From assembly GCA_013265495.1 (NCBI GenBank), contig MU058065.1, positions 2,767,003 through 2,831,002 of the forward strand: DNA of 64,000 nt. The letters run 5' to 3'. The notes under the pieces were generated by a model. The model saw nothing but the letters and a program-made list of their open reading frames with translations. It was not told the DNA's origin and did not search any database. Below, piece after piece: positions 48,536 to 60,657 of this stretch. Source of the stretch: Vicugna vicugna (Eukaryota). Position 1 is the stretch's first letter. Each line of letters opens with the position of its first letter. The translations under genes and the position numbers were made by a program.

Positions 48536-48635
48536 CTCCACCCCCATCCCTCTCTCACTTGCTCTTTCTTCCCCACTCCCATTTTCATCTCCCTTTCCCA
48601 CTCCTCTCCTTCCCCATCTCCCTCTCCCTCTCTTC
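48536..48635. repeat. Polypyrimidine/polypurine low-complexity tract
   Basis: Almost only C/T on the + strand; produces the G/R-rich ORF 48455-48637. Confidence 0.85.
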
Positions 48636-48639
48636 ATGA

Positions 48640-49015
48640 TTGAGCTCTAAGTCTTTCTGTTCAGCTGTGTTCATCTTTATGTCTATGTGTCAGTCACTCC
48701 AGTTCAGGCTTTGCACTCTTGTAACTGACCCATCTGGTCCTCTGCCACTGACGGTGTCCTTCCAGTCTGGCCAGTCACTTTTCTCAGATGAAAAACTGAT
48801 TCTATTGCAATAATTTGTAAGCCCCTTTGATGAATTCTCATCTGCTGCAGGATGAGATTAAAGTCTTTGCATGACATCCTGGTCTTTTCTCACCTGGCCC
48901 TGCCTCCCTCCCAAGGGCCTGCCTCCCTGGCCCTTGAAGTATCTAAGCTTCAATCAGACTGAATTACTGTTTCCTGTTGTTTCATCCCTCTGGATGTGGA
49001 ATGGGGTTTCCCTCT
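48640..49015 (+). mobile_element. L2 3' fragment
   Basis: caggatgagattaaagtctttgcatgacatcc...tggccctgcc...ttcatccctctggatgtggaatg. Confidence 0.6.
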
Positions 49016-49174
49016 ACTTAAAAGTTTCACATGTCATAGAACATCAGAAGGTTTTTCATTAGTGAGAATAAGTGATTTTGTCATAACCTGCTTCTGTGAG
49101 GTTATTTTTGTAAAGTTTATATAGTAAGGCTAAAAAATTATTTTTCTGACTTACATGAACTGATTCAATGATCT

Positions 49175-49630
49175 TTTAAGAAATTTATCCCATGGACACA
49201 ATCAAAGATGTACAAGGATATCTGTACACAAAGCCCACTCATCACAGTGTTAATGACAATAGCAAAATTGTGGAAATATCTAAAGGTTCAATAAAAGGAG
49301 ATTGAACATTTAAATAAGTAACTGACCAACCACAAAGTAGACATATATGTGGCCAACAAATATGAAATTTAAAAAGAATAGTGTCTTGGAAAACTGCATT
49401 ATATTAAATGAAAATATAAATTTTAAATACTCTATTTCTTAGAAGTTTCAATTTTAAAGTAGCTAGGTATCCGTGCTCATGTTATATATATGTAACACCT
49501 GAAAGGATTTACATCTTCCTAGGAAAGGAAAAAGGATGGGTGTCTCTGCTTTATTTTTTTTAATATTTTTCCGTATTTTCCAATTTTTCGCCCATAAACT
49601 TATTCTAATTTATAATCAGAAAAAAATATA
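49175..49630 (+). mobile_element. L1ME-type 3' end
   Basis: caatagcaaaattgtggaaatatctaaaggttcaataaaaggagattg; terminus tattttccaatttttc...tttataatcagaaaaaa. Confidence 0.75.
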
Positions 49631-51569
49631 GCCAAGCTAAATGTTATTTTCAAAATTTCTTAATGAAGCTTTCTGCTAGTGATCACAGCAACATGTTAGT
49701 AATAGCATTCCCCATAAACCTTTTAGCAAAATTTATTTTTATAGACGGCAGAATTTTTCTCCTCAACAGAAAAAGGTGGAAATATCCAAAAACATTCTCA
49801 GACTAAAGAATAGACTATGTTAGCACCTAAAGGATTAGAGGTGTGGAGGAGAGGAAGAGATGTTTTAGGTTTTACAGCACTAGTAAAATTCAAAAAATAT
49901 CCACAGACTGAAAAAATACATGTTTAATAGTCCCTGAAGAGCAACAAAAAAATTGCTTTATAAATTAAAAACAAGTCTTTGGGTTTAAGGTTACACAACC
50001 ATATTTGACATTCGATAGTACATTATAAGTAATTATTCACAGGTAATCATATTTAATTTTTAAATGTATATTTATTGTGAAAATTACTATTATTTCATAT
50101 GACCAAATCAATACTTTTTCTCCTTTGGGGAAAAACTAACAGTAACAAAAAAACACATTGCTTACCGATAACAGAACTTATTTAAAAAGTTATTCTTATT
50201 TTCTTTTTGTTGTGGCTTGTTTTCCTTACTCTGAGCAAACTAAAGCAATTGTTTGGATTTTGCTTTCCTTTCTTTCCACATGATTGGCGAAAGCATGGTT
50301 TTTCCATTTTCAAAGTAATAAAACAGGATCAATAAAGTAAATCTTCTCACAGCCCAATAATCTCTCTAAGGCTCAAAAAGATTTTTACTCCAATTTAGTT
50401 CCAACAATTAGCCCAAGTGCATTTTGCAGAATCTCAAAAATAAATGTATGGTTAAAAAGAAGTGGAAATTATCTAGACCAGTTGTTCCTAAATTCTGTGG
50501 GGCTTCCTCATTGAGTCTTTTGGTTTCCTGGCACTCTTTTCTGACCTGAGTTTCCTCTCTAACTCCCTAATACAAAACGGTACAGGAATGTAATTTCTTT
50601 AAGCAATTGAATACACTCGATTTTGAGTCCCCCACCCACCGCACCCCGCATTAAGGCAAAATAAGCTAACATTCCCTGAACATAACCCAAAGTCAACCTG
50701 GAGAAGCCTGCTATAATCACATGCAGAAGTGCTGGCTCTCTGCCTATGAAACTAGGAAGAACTGACTTTGAAAGAGCCCCTTAGAAAGAAATCTAAGTCA
50801 AGTCAGATTTTTAAATCCCTTTGAGAAGAGAAGCAAAATACATGTTATCACAAGGCCCCCCACTTCTGAACCGTCCCAAGCTATGGAAATTTATCACTGT
50901 TTTGACAGTGCTGATTAAATCAACAAAAGTTTCCTCTTTCCCCCACTCCACAAAGCACTATCAACACTAGGTATTGAGAAAGCTCAATTCTATTGCTCCT
51001 TCACCTGCAAATTCCACTAGTGAGCTTGGGAACTTCAGCTGGAGTCCTAAAGGTCGCAGGCAACTTTTGTATCTATGCTGTTGGACAGGATGTATAAGGA
51101 CCCTAATTTCACACTTGCTTGCAGTTTGCTAACTCTTCAAAATAGGAGCAGAAGGCTGAAGGAGTGAACAGAAAAATTTTACATGCTCTGAAGTTCTGGG
51201 ATTTCAGAGAAATACTGAAGGGCCTTTCACACTTTTCTTTGTAAAATAATGAATTTCCTACTTCACTGAAAATAAACAAAGAAGTAAATATAATTAAATG
51301 TATGGTATTGGAAAACTGAGAGGATTCTAAGATATTATTTAAAAGTAATAAAATATTATTGCCAAAGCTATGCCAGTGAGGTATTTAATTTATATTAATC
51401 CTTTTAATAAAATAAAGACAAAAAACATGTGTAGATATATTTACAAAGTATATATACACATACCTATACACACAAAACATTTTACTAAGCCTGATCATAG
51501 TTTGCAAAGGATAAACTTCAGATGTCCAAAGCTCTCAATGTTATCCTCTTGGAATGATATGTCAGGATG

Positions 51570-51925
51570 GTTTCAGATACCTATTGTTATATAGCAAAGC
51601 ACCCCAGAATACAGCAGCTCAAAATTATAGGAGTGCTATTTTCTGATGATTGTATGGATCAGACAAGGAGGGGAGTGGGGGACCTTTTGGGAGGGTTCTG
51701 CAGTAGTACAAGTGAGACACGGTGTTGGCTGGATGTAGAGAAGGGATTTACTATTACAGCTGACAGGACATGGTTAGATTTGAAGTCTGTTTTGAAGGCA
51801 GAGCAATGGGGTACGGTGAGGGATTGGATGTAGAGCATATGAAAAAGAGAGAAAGCAAGCATGTCTCCAAATTTTTCGGTCTGAGAGACAAAGCCTGTGA
51901 TGGTGCAATTTACTGAGATGGGCAC
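51570..51925 (-). mobile_element. Short antisense MLT1 3' fragment joined to an antisense L2a fragment
   Basis: ctattgttatatagcaaagcacccca (MLT1); tgcagtagtacaagtgagaca...ttttgaaggcagagc...atttactgagatggg (L2). Confidence 0.7.
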
Positions 51926-53372
51926 CATCTTTAACTTTACTTTTATTGAAAAGTATCTCCCTAAAATGTACTATATTTCATTCTTACTTTATTAACCATG
52001 GATATGGAGAAAATGCCAATCTCTGACATTTATCTTAAGATCTTACAAGAGGCTCAGGACTATTTTAAATACAGATCATCAATGTGTGTGGAATGTGATG
52101 CCTTATTGTGAGTTGTTCTGAGTCTGTATTGACAACATAGCGACATCAAGAGTGGCTTTAAAGAGAATTCCAAGATTAATATGCTCTTGCAAGCTTGTTT
52201 GGTGGTCATTATTTTTCCCTTGAAATGGTGAACAGAGGAAAAAAATTATTATGTGGTTCTGTTGAGCTATACTCTGTTGTTTTATTCAGTGACACTTAGC
52301 TTATCACTGACCAACAAATGTATAAAATAAATCCTGATATACGACTAGAATAAAACATAAAACAAAGGGGACTCTAATCTAGCAGCCACTAGGGCAATGC
52401 TCTTCTGAAAATTAACATTGCTGCTTTAGAATCAGTAATTTCAACTACCTTGGTTTTGGTTTTGTGAGATTTGCATTCCTTCATCAAAAGCTAAATATGA
52501 CAAGATGCTATTAAAATAGCAGAAAACAAAAATCATTAGCAGGAGGGAAAAAAAATAGAAAGTAGCCACCAAAAGCACCTGATTGCCTTGGTCTCATTTC
52601 ATAAGGCTGCAGCATATTACCTGCCATCCTTGAGAAAGAATTGAGGGAGGAAAATTGGTGAGAGCTCCTATGGGGCTCTCATGGAGGTAATAACACCTTA
52701 TCCTTTTCTTCCAATATACCTCAGCTGCTGAAAAATACCCTTGGTGGAGACTCAGCACTGTCATTTTCACAGTGGGAACAACATTGCTTGCTTTCTCGGA
52801 TATCTGTGGTGGTTGTTCCCCCGCGGAGATGCTGGCTACTTCACGGGTCTGCTTTTAAGCCCTGTACTCTCTCATTGCAGAAAGTTCTCTCATTATAATT
52901 TTACCGCCTGCTTCTGATATTTATTCTGAGACTGGCTCAGTGTGGAGCCTGACATAATATTTAAACAGCTCAGCCAAACTTCCCCCACGTGCTTTGCTGA
53001 CCCCACGCATTACTCCTGTCCTGAAAACAAAATCTGTTTTCCTGACTCAGCCCTCAGTGAAATACAGAAATACATTTTATGCAAGGTCAGACATGTATAT
53101 ATTCATTGATAGCATTAATCCAAGTAAAATAGAGAATCAACTGGTTCATTTAGGAAGCAAGGGAGAATTTAAATTCAGATTTCTAAACACATTTATCTTG
53201 AGACCTACCAATGCACAAAACATAGATTGGTACAATTTCTATTTTGCTAAAACAGCTTTAAGATCCATACCTCACAATATTATAAAATTACTTATACATC
53301 AAGTAATTTTGCTTTGTGTAGAGGGCTGTGTTAGACATTATATGGGTAAGTACATGCAGTCTAGTGAGAGAG

Positions 53373-53881
53373 TGTATTAATTTTCTATTGCTGCTGTAGC
53401 AAATTACCATAAATTTAGTGGCTTAAAACAACTCTAATGTATTATCTTACAATTCTGGAAACCACAACACACGTCTCACTGGGCTAAAACCAAAGTGCCA
53501 GTGGGAGGACTGTGCTTCTGTCTAGATGCTCTAGAAGAGAACCTGTTCTCTTGTCTTCTCCATCTTCCAGAGCCTGACCTCACTTCTGGGCTCTTAGCTC
53601 CCTTCCTTCTTCTTCTAAGTCATCAATATTGCATCTCTCTCTTTAACCTGTCTTCTTTAGTTACGTATCCCTTTGACCTCCTCTGGACAAGGTTTTCCAC
53701 TTTAAAGACTCATGTGACACAGTTGAACTCACCTGAATAATCCGAGGCACTCTCCCCATTCCAAGATCCTTAACTATAATCACATGTACAAACTCCCTTT
53801 TGACATATAAGGTAATTTATTCTAAGGTTCCCATAATTAGCATTTAAACATTTCTAGAGGGTCACTATTCTGCTTTCCAGA
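53373..53881 (-). mobile_element. MaLR solo LTR MLT1D-like
   Basis: tgtattaattttctattgctgctgtagcaaattaccataaatttagtggcttaaaacaa...tttaaagactcatgtga...ggtcactattctgc. Confidence 0.9.
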
Positions 53882-54163
53882 GACACATACTAGAGTGAGA
53901 CTAGAGGTTATTCTTCATGTGAAATAGTATTAAATCCTCAGGTTTCTTTGAAATTATTAACATCTAATGGGAGTGAAAAAGAAAATGCATAAAAATTTTC
54001 TCACCCCAACTTGTTTAGAATTTCTAAATTTGACATTCATAGTTTGCCACTTAGTATTTGATCTGAGAAGATAAAAAATGGAATTTTTGTTTTATTCAAA
54101 TTTATTTCAATATAACCCAAGAAATCAATTTGCTCAAGCACCTAACTTTCCCATGAACCCATC

Positions 54164-54622
54164 CATTATGGTTTGAATTGTGTCTTCAAAATATTTACAT
54201 ATTGAAGTCCTAACCCCCAGTAACTTAGAACGGGATTTTGGAAATAGGGTCATTGCAGATGCAGAATTAACTAAACTAAAATCAGGTCATACTGGAGTAG
54301 GGTGAGTCCCTCATTCAATATGCCTAGTGTCTTTATGAAAAGGAGATATGTGGACACAGACACGCACACAGGACGAATACCATGTGACGTGAAGGCAGAG
54401 ATCAGAGATGCATCTACAAGTCAAGGAATGCCAGAGATGGCCAGCTGCCAGAAGCTAGGAGAGAGGCACGGAACAGACTCTCCACGGTCTTCAGAAAGAA
54501 CTAAACCTGCTGAACTTTGATCTCAAACTTTCAGCCTCCAGATCTGTAAAATGATAAATTTCTGTTGCTCAAGCCACCCAGTTTGTGGTACTTTGTTACG
54601 ACAGCCCTAGAAAATTAATATA
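54164..54622 (+). mobile_element. MaLR solo LTR MLT1C-like
   Basis: ttatggtttgaattgtgtc...ggaaatagggtcattgcagatg...aagccacccagtttgtggtactttgttacgacagccctag; catcc on both flanks is a candidate TSD. Confidence 0.92.
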
Positions 54623-54739
54623 CATCCTACTCAGAGAAACCACGTGCCTCGCCATCCCTGTTGGACTGCACTAGGATTGAGAAAATCCTCTCTCCCAGAA
54701 AGGATTATGAGCAAATGGATCCAAGATACAGTAACTTAT

Positions 54740-54842
54740 TGTGTGCGTGTGTATGTGTGTGCACTGATGCATGTGTGTATGTATATTCATGTTTATATGT
54801 ATATATACATGTGTGTATATACGTGTATGTATGTATATACAC
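54740..54842. repeat. (TG/TA)n low-complexity tract
   Basis: Alternating purine-pyrimidine sequence read directly. Confidence 0.9.
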
Positions 54843-55334
54843 AAGCAAATATTTTAAATATTCCAAACATTAAATTTTCAGATATTTAAACCTGCATTTG
54901 ATTAGAATTTAAACAATACATGTAACACATCAAGCGACTTGCTTTAGCAAGACTTTAGTCAACAAACTCCAAAACTGTGAGTTGGCATCTTGATACTGTC
55001 TGAAATCTAATCAAGTTAGGGCTATGTAGAAATATATACATTCATTTGAGACAGTACCAATTAATGCTTCTATCAAAGATAATGTGATGTGAAACCTTCT
55101 TCTCCTTATCTATGGCAAAAGTGAAAGATTAATTCCAATTTCTTGCCAAGAAAACCAATTTGTTTTTCAAGAAATTTGGAGTTAATGCATTTCACATACC
55201 TTTACTTAAAAAGTAGAGTCATCTGAATTAAATATATATAAAGAATTAAGTGTTTTATATATTATATATATGCAAATAGATTGTTTCATAAGGTTTTACA
55301 CAGGAAAAATAAAGTGGAGGGAGGAATAATAAGT

Positions 55335-55545
55335 TGAGGACCCAGTTACCAATGCTCAGATTTCTGACCCAAAGAAATGGTAACATAATTTTTAAAAGAC
55401 TACATTCTCAGTAATTTGTTACATAGCAATAGAAAATTAATCCAAGCAGTAAGCCTTTTGAGCAGGATGCCCATGTGCATTTTTTCTCACCTTTTATCTG
55501 TGGTACGTAGCCTAGGACTTGACACACAGTAAATATTAGCAGAAA
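55335..55545 (+). mobile_element. MLT1 3' end followed by an L2 terminus
   Basis: gtaatttgttacatagcaatagaaaattaa, then gtaagccttttgagcagg...gcctaggacttgacacacagtaaata. Confidence 0.65.
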
Positions 55546-55949
55546 GGGAGCATGAGAAGGCTTCTATGCTCATTTGTGGCCTTGTGTGTTTGAAGATCGA
55601 GTTGGAGCTACACCTGGAAGGTGTGGGGAAAATGTAGATGGATGAGAGGGAAAGGGGGAACCTTCTCAAGCTGATGGGTGAAGAGCAATGAATGAGTCAT
55701 GCCCCGGACAAATAATGAGCCTGGCCCAAAAGAAGGATATGATTGGGTTGGTAGTTAGTGAGAAACAGCCACCTTGAAGAATCCAAAAATGGTCACTGAG
55801 AGGGCCTGGTGGGGCTGAACATGCCTGTTATTTGGAAGAAAAGAGATTTCGGTGGCCAAGAAGGCAGGACTCAGCTCCATGCAGGCAGCCCCTGCAGAAA
55901 CCAATTGCTCATCAGTGGGGGATACAGCACTGACAGACACGTTTCTATT

Positions 55950-56562
55950 GCCATCTGTTCACACGGCAGCCAGTCATCCTTGTAGACCATAAGCAGAAGA
56001 ATGTCACACTCCTTAGAGCATATCACCTTTCTCATTCAGAATCCTATCTTGGCTCCACATTTCATTAAAGCGAAAGTCGAGAACATAAATCACCTGTGAG
56101 GTTCTGTCATGTCTGCCCCCTCCCCACCTGCCACAGTCTTCTCGCTTTGGTCCTGGCACACAGGTTTCCTTTCTGTTTCTCAAGCATGCCAGGCACAGCC
56201 CACCTTAGGGAATGCTAAATGTCTGGGATGCTCTTGCCCCTGAAAAACCACTTGCCTTACTTTCCCACCTTTATAAAATATTAGCCCTATGTCATCTGCT
56301 TGAAGAGCTTTATCAGGACCACTTTCTTTAATACTGCAAACTGCCCAATGCTTTGCAGTCCCTATCACTTATACCCCTTCTATATGTTAAAGCTGTGGAT
56401 GTATTTATTGTCTGAATATTCCACTAGAAGGTAAGCTCTGTGAAGACAGGGATTTTTTGTTTTTGTTTTTTGCTTTGTTCTCAGATATAAAAATGGCCTA
56501 GAAAATACCCTGATATGGAATGAATGCTCAATAAACACTTGTAGAATTGGACTGAACTGAAT
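55950..56562 (+). mobile_element. L2a 3' end
   Basis: ttctcaagcatgccaggcacagcccaccttaggg...ccactagaaggtaagctctgtgaagacagggatt...gctcaataaacacttgtagaat. Confidence 0.9.
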
Positions 56563-58639
56563 TTCAGGATGAATTTAAGAAAGATCACTGCATTTGAGAG
56601 GATGGAGCCACCAAGAAGGCTCTGGACCACTAAGTGCAGAACTAATTTGTCCTAGTTGAACTTCCTCCCACTTTCCATTGCCCTCTTTTCAATTCATTGG
56701 AACCTAACACCAGAAGTTCCCTACAGAGAAACTAGACAGCTGAGTTTATGGAGTTAGTAGCTAATAGCATACAAATCTTAAGTCAATTACTATGCTTATA
56801 TAAAGGATTTCACTCCTCCCTAGAAGAAAATTTTATGGAGTATGTTATAGCTCTGGACACTTTTCAGAACATTCTTCATTTATTTCTGTAATTAAAATTA
56901 TATTTCACAAAAGCTTAAATGGACAAAGTCTAACCACCAAAAGAACAGGTCATGGCACTGTGTAAAACTGAGGCACTAGACATTCCTGTTCTCTGAAGCA
57001 AACTGCATGGATTTTATTGTGGTCATTTTTCTTCCTCTTGTAGGCTTTCATACTTCAAGATATGTGTATGCTCTAGAAGGCAGGAAGTCTGACAACTGGA
57101 TCTGGTGTAAAATAGTAACTTGAGATTTCGATTTCCATTAAAGATGATCAAAGTTTCAAAAACTTTCATTCTAATTAGTCTTAACTTTGATGGAACTAAA
57201 AAAAGTAAATGTAATACTTTACAATTATTTTATGGGCTAAAATTCATACAAAGATTTTCTCAACCTTGGTTGCTCATAATTGTGAGTAATATATGAGATT
57301 ATATGTGTAGATTTTTCAAAATATTCATTTTGTGCACTTTTGCTTTTTGGTAGGATGGAGTAACTCACAGTAGAACAATGTTGCAGGGAAAAAAACCTGG
57401 AAAAGCCAAGTAAATTACAAAAACTGTTTCAGTAGAGGCATCAGAAAGCTCATCAATCAATGGGGAATAGAGAGGCTAAGATTCTGGAGGAGAATCACAG
57501 ATAAGTAAGCTGCTTTTTCTCTGGTTTCATTTTCTGACTCTGGACCCAGGCAAGAGGCTAAGAATTCAGGTTTGTTATGGGTGAGGGAGCAGAGAAACCA
57601 CAATCACATTGCACTTAATGATAAAATTGGAGGTTTGATAGACCTGACAGAAATAATTCCCACTTCAAGACGTGTTGAATTCTAAAGCTTTATATGTTGT
57701 AATGCTAAAAAGCTAACCCAAAATCCAAGAAAAGCAAAACACATTTTTCTGCTATTTTATGGGCTAAGGAGATTAAGATTACATTACAGGATCTGTCAGG
57801 GATGAAGAAACTTCACTGGGCATAGCACAGTATCCACGAAAAACCCTAGAGGAACAGACATAAACCAGAGGCAGACTAGCCTTATCAAAGTGGCAATTTA
57901 ATCTTGACTCAGCTCAGATCTGGAATGAGTTAAAGTGGTCAGCTCCATACTATCTTCCTACTAGAAAAAGAAGCAAATCTCTTGGAAGGAACATACCATT
58001 ATCTGGAGCCACCACAATACATTAAACAAAATATTTGGATTTCAGTAAAAATGTGCTAGGCATGCAAAAAGATAGGATCTTATAACTAAAAAATCCAAAA
58101 GAGAAAAACAGAGAGCAGAAACAGACTCCCTAGATGACCATGATATTAAAAATGCAGACATAAGCCTTAAAATAAACACAAATAATTTGTTCATGAAAAT
58201 AGAAGAAGGAATGGAGAACATAGGTAAAAGTGATGAGTTCACTAGGAATTGGAATCTGTTAATCATGTAGAAATTCATGATTAACTAAATCCAAAACTAA
58301 AAAATATGAAACATCCCAAATTGGAACCTCAATATATGAGTCTAACACAGATTAGACACAGTAGAATACAGAGTCAATAAACTGGAAGATATGTCAATAG
58401 AAAATATGAAGATGAGAAGTAATGAAAATACAAAAATATTAAGATGCATGTGAACATGGGAAAAAGTCCTAATAGTTATGTAACTAGAAGGGGAGTAGAG
58501 AAAGATGAGACATATTTGAAGATGTAATGGCCAAGAATTACCAAAAATTGATTTAAAGTATTAACCAGTAACTCAAAAAGCTCTGAAAATCCCAGATAAA
58601 TAAAAACAAGTCTCACCTAGTCAAATTAAAATAAAACTA

Positions 58640-58712
58640 TTTTTTTAATTGAAATATAGTTGATTTACAATGTTATGTTAGTTTCAGATAATTAGGAAAG
58701 TGATTCAGTTTG

Positions 58713-58745
<33 letters not shown>

Positions 58746-58953
58746 ATATATATGTATATACACACATATATATATTCAGTTTTTTATGTCATATATATTT
58801 AGTTTTTTATATATATTTATATATATACAATATTTTTCAGATTATTTTCCATTACAGGTTATTGTAATATATTGAATATAGTTCTCTATGTCATACAGTA
58901 GATCCCTGTTGTTTATCTATTTTATATATTGTAGTGTATATCTGTTAATCTCA
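58640..58953 (-). mobile_element. Artiodactyl-type L1 3' tip with expanded (AT)n
   Basis: ttttttaattgaaatatagttgatttacaatgtt...ttgaatatagttctctatg...gtagtgtatatctgttaatc; (AT)13 at 58713-58738. Confidence 0.9.
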
Positions 58954-59149
58954 ACAAAAAAAAGTATATTTTAATATCAGCCAAGAAAAGAAAATTACCT
59001 TCAAAGGAGCAACAATTAATTTGACATGTTAATTTTCACCATAAAATATGAAAACAAGAAAATAATAAAATTATGTTTGTAAAGTGTTAAACTAAAATAA
59101 CTGCCAATCTGGAGTTCTATATTCAATGAAACTATCTTAATAAAAATGG

Positions 59150-60077
59150 AGACATCAAAAACACAAACAACAGAAGAAAAGATAAATAAATTGGACTTCA
59201 TCAAAAATAGTTTTCTGTATCAAAAAACACTATCAAGAGAGTAAAAAGGCAATCCATAAAATGAAAGAAAATATTTGCAAATCATATATCTGGTAAAGGA
59301 TTAAAATACAGAATATGTAAAGAGCTCCTATAACTCAACACACACACAAAAAACAGCACCCTTATTAAAAAGTGAGCAAAGCACTTGAATAGACATTTAT
59401 CAAAAGAGGTATATGAATAGCTAATAAGAACATGAAAAGACATTCAACTTAACATTAGGGAAATGCAAACTAAAATCACTGTGAGATACCGCTTCACATC
59501 CATTAAATTTCTGTTTTTAAGAAACAGAAAGTAACTAATACTGATGAGAATGTGGAGATATTCAAACCATTTGAACTGCTGATGGGAATGCAAAGTGGTT
59601 CAGGTGTTGTGGAAAACAGTATGACATTTCTTCAAAAAAAAAAAAAAACAACATAGAATTGCCCTATAAGCCAATGATTTTACTTCAGATTATATACACA
59701 AAAGAGTTGAAAGAAGGCCTTAAACAGATATTTCAGATATTTGTACACCAATGTTCATAGCAGCATTATTTGTAATAGCCACAAGTTGGAAACAACCCAA
59801 ATATCAATCAATGTATAAATAGATAAGCAAAATGTGACATTTACAGTGGAATAGTATTTTACCTTAAAATAAAATGAAATTGTGATGCATGCTACAAGAT
59901 GGATGAACTCTAAAATAAAATGAGCCAGACATAAAAGGACAAATATTATATTATTTCACTTATATGTCAGATCCATAGAGACAGAAAGTAGAATAGTGGT
60001 TACCAGGGGCTGGGGGATGGTGGAACAGATAGTTATTGTTTCATAAGTGCAGAGCTTCAGTTTGGATGATGAAAGAT
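59150..60077 (+). mobile_element. L1MB-type ORF2 end + 3'UTR
   Basis: aaattggacttcatcaaaa, aaaatatttgcaaatcatatatctg, tgtacaccaatgttcatagcagcattatt, catagagacagaaagtagaatagtggttaccagggg. Confidence 0.9.
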
Positions 60078-60657
60078 ATGCTATATAGACAGTAACTTTT
60101 AGTAAAGCAGAAATGTTGCTTCAAGTTATATTCATATTTAATAAATTAACATCCATAATCTAATTAAAATTATTTCCAAGTTATCTACTATAAACATCAT
60201 TCTTAATACGATATATTGGAAGGTTTTCCCCTTAGTTCAGAAACAGAGCAAAGTTGTTTGTTATCACCACTTGTGTGCAACCTTGTATTGGAGGTCCTAG
60301 CCAGATGATAAAGTGAGGACATTTTTAATATATATAATAATGAGAAAAAAAAACTATCACTATTAACAAAAGACATAATTGTGATCATGAAAAACCCAAA
60401 AGAACCTGTAGCAAATGATTAGTATTAAAAAGGAAATAAGTGAGTTATTGAATATGGTTAATATTTTTAAATGGGTTTTATATCCCAGAAAAAAAAGACA
60501 AAAACTTAAATTCTTAAAGAGATATTATTCAGAATAACATCAATTGGCATCAAACATCAAGAAATAAATCTATGAAAGACATACAAGTCTTCTATCCTGA
60601 AAGCTATAAAACATTGGTAAAGAAATTTTAAAAGACTTGAATAAGTAAAATTCAGTA

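Noticed and set aside
15173..55278. Several octamer ATGCAAAT and CACAGTG heptamer matches suggesting an Ig/TCR locus
   Set aside because: The count is about what base composition predicts; the heptamers I checked lack a nonamer at 12/23 spacing and no V/J segments are present.
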